A stretch of 21,854 bases of DNA from Candidatus Wukongarchaeum yapensis (lineage in GTDB: Archaea; Asgardarchaeota; Wukongarchaeia; Wukongarchaeales; Wukongarchaeaceae). The stretch lies in the NCBI GenBank assembly GCA_016840425.1, contig JAEOSI010000012.1:1-21854 (forward strand), in the 5' to 3' direction. The notes beneath the pieces were generated by a model, which saw nothing but the letters and a program-made list of their open reading frames with translations, was not told the DNA's origin and made no database searches. Each line of letters starts with the position of its first letter. Within the stretch, counting starts at the first letter, position 1. Made by a program: the position numbers and the translations under genes. Positions 17,402-21,854 of the stretch are shown here, one piece after another.

Positions 17402-17433
17402 AATGTTACTCATTTTTGAGTAACATTTATATA
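17402..17433 (+). promoter_or_regulatory. Palindromic operator (putative RbkR site) overlapping a TATA box
   Basis: AATGTTACTCA-TTTT-TGAGTAACATT, perfect 11-bp arms (17402-17427); TTTATATA at 17426-17433, 33 nt upstream of the ATG. Confidence 0.8.
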
Positions 17434-17466
17434 TTTTAAACTATCCTATAAGAAAAACCAGATTTT

Positions 17467-18168
17467 ATGGAAAAAAGAGTGAAAAAAGTGTGGAAAAAAG
17501 CTTCTGATTATGTTCCTCTACTTATTTTGCTTAGTGAAATTGGAGCCACTAAAAATTTTGTGCGAACATCGTCAAAAAAAATTGCCGAAGTTACTGCAGT
17601 TTCACAACAAACTGCTAGTCGACATCTAAAACAGCTGGAAGAAGAAGGATTAATTATCCGCAAAAATGTTGATAAAACTGGGCAGGCCCTCCTGATTACA
17701 AAAGAAGGACTTAGAATTTTGAGTGAAATATATGCTGTTTTAGGAAGAACCTTGCAGCCAGAAAGGGAGACTTTTGAGATATCAGGATATGTTATTACTG
17801 GTTTGGGAGAAGGGGCATATTACATGACTAGGGAACCTTATGTTCAACAATTTACTGAAAAACTTAGTTTTAAACCATGGCCAGGAACGCTTAACCTAAA
17901 ACTGGATGAAATAGAAGATTTAAAGAATTTCATTAAACTTCGCGCAAAAACTCCAATAATTATCAAAGGATTTAAGACAAAGGAGAGAATTTTTGGGGAT
18001 GTTGACTGTCATCCTGTAAAAATTAATGAAAAAGTTGATGGAACGATAATAATTCCTACAAGAACGCATCATAATTCAAAAATAATGGAAGTAGTTGCCC
18101 CGATAAACTTACGAGAAAAATTCAAACTTAAAGACGGTATGAAAGTAACAGTTAAAACCATTCTATGA
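17467..18168 (+). CDS. ribK: RbkR: wHTH regulator fused to CTP-dependent riboflavin kinase
   Basis: SQQTASRHLKQLEEEGLIIR (HTH); GYVITGLGEGAYY, PWPGTLNL, RTHH, EVVAPINLREKFKLKDG. Confidence 0.93.
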   Translation: MEKRVKKVWKKASDYVPLLILLSEIGATKNFVRTSSKKIAEVTAVSQQTASRHLKQLEEEGLIIRKNVDKTGQALLITKEGLRILSEIYAVLGRTLQPERETFEISGYVITGLGEGAYYMTREPYVQQFTEKLSFKPWPGTLNLKLDEIEDLKNFIKLRAKTPIIIKGFKTKERIFGDVDCHPVKINEKVDGTIIIPTRTHHNSKIMEVVAPINLREKFKLKDGMKVTVKTIL

Positions 18169-18204
18169 AAACCCTTAAGAAGAGAAAGTAAGTTAAAACC
18201 TTTT

Positions 18205-18615
18205 TCAGTTTCGTTTGATTTTCTCTAAAACTTTTAGCATCTCTTCAAAGGAAGATACTAAAATATCTGTGTGGTATTTTAGCCAGGGGCTTATTTCTTT
18301 TTCTGGAGCCACTGTAATGATTTGTTTTGATTGCAAGTAAGCATAGACTACTTCCATAGCAGTACCCCAGCTAGGCTTTGGAGCATAAATTAGAAGGATA
18401 TCAGATTTTTTTAGGTCTTTTAAGTCTTTTTCAACTATTTCAAAAGCTTTTTCCTTTTCTTGTCCCCTATAATCTCTTAATTCTAGCGGATCTATAACTT
18501 TATAACCTCTCGCAGAAAGGTCTTTTTTAACGTATTGACGCCATTTTTGATCTTCTTCAGTTGTGCCAAAAATAGGACCTGCAAGATAAATACGTAATCT
18601 TCGATTTTTTAACAT
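18205..18615 (-). CDS. Nucleoside 2-deoxyribosyltransferase / Rcl(DNPH1)-like N-glycosidase
   Basis: RIYLAGPIF, DP, VEKDLKDLKKSD, SWGTAMEVVYA (nucleophile Glu), ISPWL. Confidence 0.82.
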   Translation of the reverse strand: MLKNRRLRIYLAGPIFGTTEEDQKWRQYVKKDLSARGYKVIDPLELRDYRGQEKEKAFEIVEKDLKDLKKSDILLIYAPKPSWGTAMEVVYAYLQSKQIITVAPEKEISPWLKYHTDILVSSFEEMLKVLEKIKRN

Positions 18616-18638
18616 AATTTATATCCTCAAAAAAAGCC

Positions 18639-19766
18639 TTAATGTAAGGCTACAGAGATATGACCTGCTTTAAACTTAGGTCTCCCTTTAGTAACACCCA
18701 CAGCCTCAGGGCGGTTGGGATTCCCAAACAAAACGAACTGGATACAACCCAAAAGTTCTTCCTGCTCTACCCGTTTACTTTTTCCTTTTAGTAGGGATTC
18801 ATACTTTTTGTATAATTTTTTAGGGAGGTTTTCTATAAGGCTTTTGTGAACCTTTACTGACGCTTCACCCACGGTTTTTGACCGTTCTAACATTTCTAAC
18901 ATCCCGTATTTTTGCCCATCACAGTAGGGGCATTCTTCCCAAGATTCACACTCTTTGCCGTTGTTTATTGTAATAGTAGTTGAGCCGTAATAGATGGCTC
19001 TTGCCCTTAAAAATTCGCGTAATAGAGGGCCGAAGGCCGCGGTACTGCAAGCCTCAGAGAAGACGAAAGGATAGGCTTTAAATTTTATTTTTTTCATTTG
19101 ATCGGCGGAAAGGATTATTCTTTTTGGTAAGCCTCCAAACCATGTATAACTATTTCCATGAACACGATCGCACTCTGTCCCATCTGAGTATTGGAGTATA
19201 AGTTCTGCTTCTTCCATTTTCAGGGCGTGTTCTTCTTTAAATTTGTCAAGCATATCAACGTAGAACCCCATGCTTTCTAGGGCTTTTACAGGCATTTCTG
19301 ATCGGCGGGGAGTTGTGTCAAAAACTATTGCTTTATTTGTGTCTCCGTAAACGCATTCAAGGTGGGCTAAAATCACTTGAGAGGGGCCGTAAATTCTGCC
19401 TACAGCGAGGGTAGGTAGACCGGATTTTTCTATATCTTCATATATTATATCTGTGTATCCTGTTTCTCGTTCAAAATCGTAAGAAAGCATAGGAAACTCT
19501 TTATAGTCGCCTATGATTATCAGGGATTTTGCGTCGATATTTTTGACTTCTTGAGCGGTTTTTTTGAAAGTTTCGTTTAGCTTTGTATTGTCTATTAAAG
19601 AATAGGGTATAGCGTTTTTTTTCACAAATTTTATAATCACTCTTCTAGTCTTTTCAGGCAGTTTTTTTGAAAAAACTATGAGGGAATCATGTTGATTTTC
19701 TACTCTAAGATTCAACCTTTTTCGAGGCAAGATACCATACCCATCTCCTGTATAACTATGAGTCAT
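18639..19766 (-). CDS. Peptidase C25 (gingipain-like, clan CD) domain protein, no signal peptide
   Basis: LIIIGD..FP, YTDIIYED..LPTLAVGRI, HGNSYTW, VFSEACS, AIYYGST, FVLFGNP. Confidence 0.72.
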   Translation of the reverse strand: MTHSYTGDGYGILPRKRLNLRVENQHDSLIVFSKKLPEKTRRVIIKFVKKNAIPYSLIDNTKLNETFKKTAQEVKNIDAKSLIIIGDYKEFPMLSYDFERETGYTDIIYEDIEKSGLPTLAVGRIYGPSQVILAHLECVYGDTNKAIVFDTTPRRSEMPVKALESMGFYVDMLDKFKEEHALKMEEAELILQYSDGTECDRVHGNSYTWFGGLPKRIILSADQMKKIKFKAYPFVFSEACSTAAFGPLLREFLRARAIYYGSTTITINNGKECESWEECPYCDGQKYGMLEMLERSKTVGEASVKVHKSLIENLPKKLYKKYESLLKGKSKRVEQEELLGCIQFVLFGNPNRPEAVGVTKGRPKFKAGHISVALH

Positions 19767-19959
19767 TTTTCTTAAAAGGACTTTAAGAAAAAGTGGAAGT
19801 AAATTAAATTTTAAGGGTTTCTAATCTTGTATAAAGTTCGGTTAAATTTTGAAAATGATTTTTAAAGTTACTAGGGCAAGTTAATTAATTTTTAATTATA
19901 AATTTGTGTTTTTCCTATATTTTTTGATTTTTATACCTAGAATTCTTTTTTGAATTTTT

Positions 19960-21270
19960 TTATAGCGGATCTCCAGCACCGATAGTTTTTGTTATTTTTC
20001 CAAAGTTTTCTAGGAATGCTACTTCTTGGTCTTCATCTGGGAACATTGATTCTAAAAAGACTGCTCGGCCTTCAGGGTCGAAACGTGCTTTTACGTTTGC
20101 GATTACCTCCCTCGTTTCGTTGTATAGGAATATGGATCTTACACCTTCTTCACGCTCTATTTTACGTTGAACGCTTCCATTGGGATAGAGTTCCAAAATT
20201 GATAGCAATGCTGCCCCTTCTAATAGGTCTACCCTTGCAGCCATAAGTTCTCTTCCGGCTTCAACCCTTGCTTTCCTTTTTTCTTCTTCTCTTTGTTTTC
20301 TGAGAACATCAGCGACTTTTTCTTCTTCTGATCGTTCTGTTAATCCTTCGATTACTAAAAGGGCTTCCTCAAGGTGAGCTTCTAAACTTTCAGCCGCTTC
20401 AGCGAAACCTAGATGGTCTAAAACGTGAGTTCTTACTTCTTCTACTTGGACTACAGCATAAGGGCCTTTCCACTCTATGGGGATGTTAAAAAGTTCGAAA
20501 AATGGTTCTGCTTTTGCTTTACCTTCTTCTGTATCTAAAAACGTTTCTTCTAAAACTCTGCGGGCGAAGCCTGACCCAATTTTGAATGGACCTACAGATA
20601 AACCAAAACGTACTATACTATGACTTTCTCTACTAAGAATAGATCGCATAATAAAACTAATTTCGCTACCCATCCACACATAAACAACTTGGTGAACATC
20701 ATCTATAACGATAATTCCACGATCGGAGGTTAAGTTGCTCCTACTAAATTTTACTGGTTCTTTTGTACCGTCCTCCTTTACCAAGATCATTGCAAGATAC
20801 TTTTGGCGTTGGATCGAAGTGGTTAAGTGCTCTCTTTCTCCGGCGGGTTTGGAGGACTCAATTAAAGAATCTTGAAACACAATAGGTTCTGATTCGGAGG
20901 TCGCAGGAGTTATAGGCGGTTTTAAATCATTTTCCATCTTAAAATCTTCTTTTTCTTCAATTTCCGGTTCAACTTCTAATTCATATTGGGGGGCTTCTGG
21001 AACTTTTAAGTCTATGGAAGGCGGGGCAGGAATCTCTGGGAGAACTGGAAGGGTATCTTTTTCCAAAGTTTTTTTCTGCGTAAATGAAGAGGATTTTAAA
21101 CTTTCTATATCACGCTCTTTTTTTTCTGAAATCTCTTTTTTTCCTGTTTCAAAGGATAAAGCTATTTTAACAAGCTCATCAACATCTTTTGAACCCTTAT
21201 TGTTATTTTCTTTATTTTTTTCTCCCATTCCTTGGTTTTTTCTAAGCAATTTTTGCAGCTCCTTCACCAT
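19960..21270 (-). CDS. Gelsolin-like domain protein with disordered Pro/Glu-rich N-terminus and unknown C-terminal domain
   Basis: aa ~175-225 SNLTSDRGIIVIDDVHQVVYVWMGSEISFIMR resembles a gelsolin repeat (xxIlD..vyvW.G); aa 70-145 low complexity. Confidence 0.6.
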   Translation of the reverse strand: MVKELQKLLRKNQGMGEKNKENNNKGSKDVDELVKIALSFETGKKEISEKKERDIESLKSSSFTQKKTLEKDTLPVLPEIPAPPSIDLKVPEAPQYELEVEPEIEEKEDFKMENDLKPPITPATSESEPIVFQDSLIESSKPAGEREHLTTSIQRQKYLAMILVKEDGTKEPVKFSRSNLTSDRGIIVIDDVHQVVYVWMGSEISFIMRSILSRESHSIVRFGLSVGPFKIGSGFARRVLEETFLDTEEGKAKAEPFFELFNIPIEWKGPYAVVQVEEVRTHVLDHLGFAEAAESLEAHLEEALLVIEGLTERSEEEKVADVLRKQREEEKRKARVEAGRELMAARVDLLEGAALLSILELYPNGSVQRKIEREEGVRSIFLYNETREVIANVKARFDPEGRAVFLESMFPDEDQEVAFLENFGKITKTIGAGDPL

Positions 21271-21355
21271 AACAAAAAACGGCGAGCTCTATTCTTAAGA
21301 ATATAAAAACATAAAAATTATAAAAGCTTTTTTTCCTTTTTCAAGCCGATTTTTA

Positions 21356-21844
21356 TCACATGACTTTTAATTTTTCTATCTCGTTTTTTATAAATTTTGT
21401 TAGTTTTTCTTTTCCTTCTTCATCCGGTTTCGCTATAAGGGGATTATCTAGCTCTTTAAGGTTTGCAGGTTTCAAGATTATAATCCACCCTTCATTGTAG
21501 CAATCATCGTTTACTATTGTGGGTTCTTCGATAACTTTTGTATTTATTTCGGTTACTAAACCGGTTAAGGGGACCCTTAGAGGGCCGATCCATTTACCGC
21601 TTTCAAGCGTGCCAAAAAGTTTTCCTTGTTTCACTAGTCGTCCTACTGGGAAAAGCCTTAAAGAGATTATGGGGCCCGCTTGAACCGAACCGAACTCGTC
21701 TAAACCTACCTTTATTCGATCTTTTTCCTCTATTAAAAACCATATGTGTCCAGGATCACCTAGCCAATAATAGCGATCCATAGGAAAAATCCAGTTATCG
21801 TCGTTTTCCTCTATTATAAGGTTTTCAATTTTAGGCAAAAGCAT
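21356..21844 (-). CDS. gcvH: GcvH-like lipoyl-carrier protein
   Basis: IKVGLDEFG, GTLESGKWIGPLRVPLTG (lipoyl Lys), VNDDCYNEGWII. Confidence 0.85.
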   Translation of the reverse strand: MLLPKIENLIIEENDDNWIFPMDRYYWLGDPGHIWFLIEEKDRIKVGLDEFGSVQAGPIISLRLFPVGRLVKQGKLFGTLESGKWIGPLRVPLTGLVTEINTKVIEEPTIVNDDCYNEGWIIILKPANLKELDNPLIAKPDEEGKEKLTKFIKNEIEKLKVM

Positions 21845-21854
21845 ATCCCTTCAA

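Noticed and set aside
88-21783. Other short overlapping or antisense ORFs in the track (e.g. 88-294, 3211-3450, 3838-4140, 9997-10227, 14382-14654, 21014-21298)
   Set aside because: They overlap well-supported genes or regulatory DNA, lack motifs, and read as reverse-frame by-products.

Overview
AT-rich archaeal chromosomal window. An Asgard-type lineage is inferred from multiple roadblock genes, an MglA-type GTPase, a gelsolin-like domain and SepRS. The left third is conserved housekeeping (rps2-mvk-ipk-fni; rpl7ae-rps28e-rpl24e-ndk), followed by a TPR protein, a methyltransferase-fold protein and uppS. The centre (9.4-14.3 kb) holds four divergent roadblock/LC7-fold genes around an MglA-type GTPase, one of them closely resembling eukaryotic dynein light chain roadblock. 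This cluster is interrupted by a decayed IS200/IS605 tnpB element, into which a GC-rich 1094-bp IS701-family element has inserted with 18-bp TIRs and an exact 5-bp TSD. A strongly skewed low-complexity tract lies next to it. The right part encodes translin, an N-terminally short SepRS, endonuclease V and RbkR with a perfect upstream palindrome. It ends with a co-oriented run of a GcvH-like protein, a gelsolin-domain protein, a signal-peptide-less C25 (clan CD) peptidase and an NDT/Rcl-like N-glycosidase. No rRNA, tRNA or CRISPR array was seen. All protein assignments come from motif recognition by eye, not database searches.
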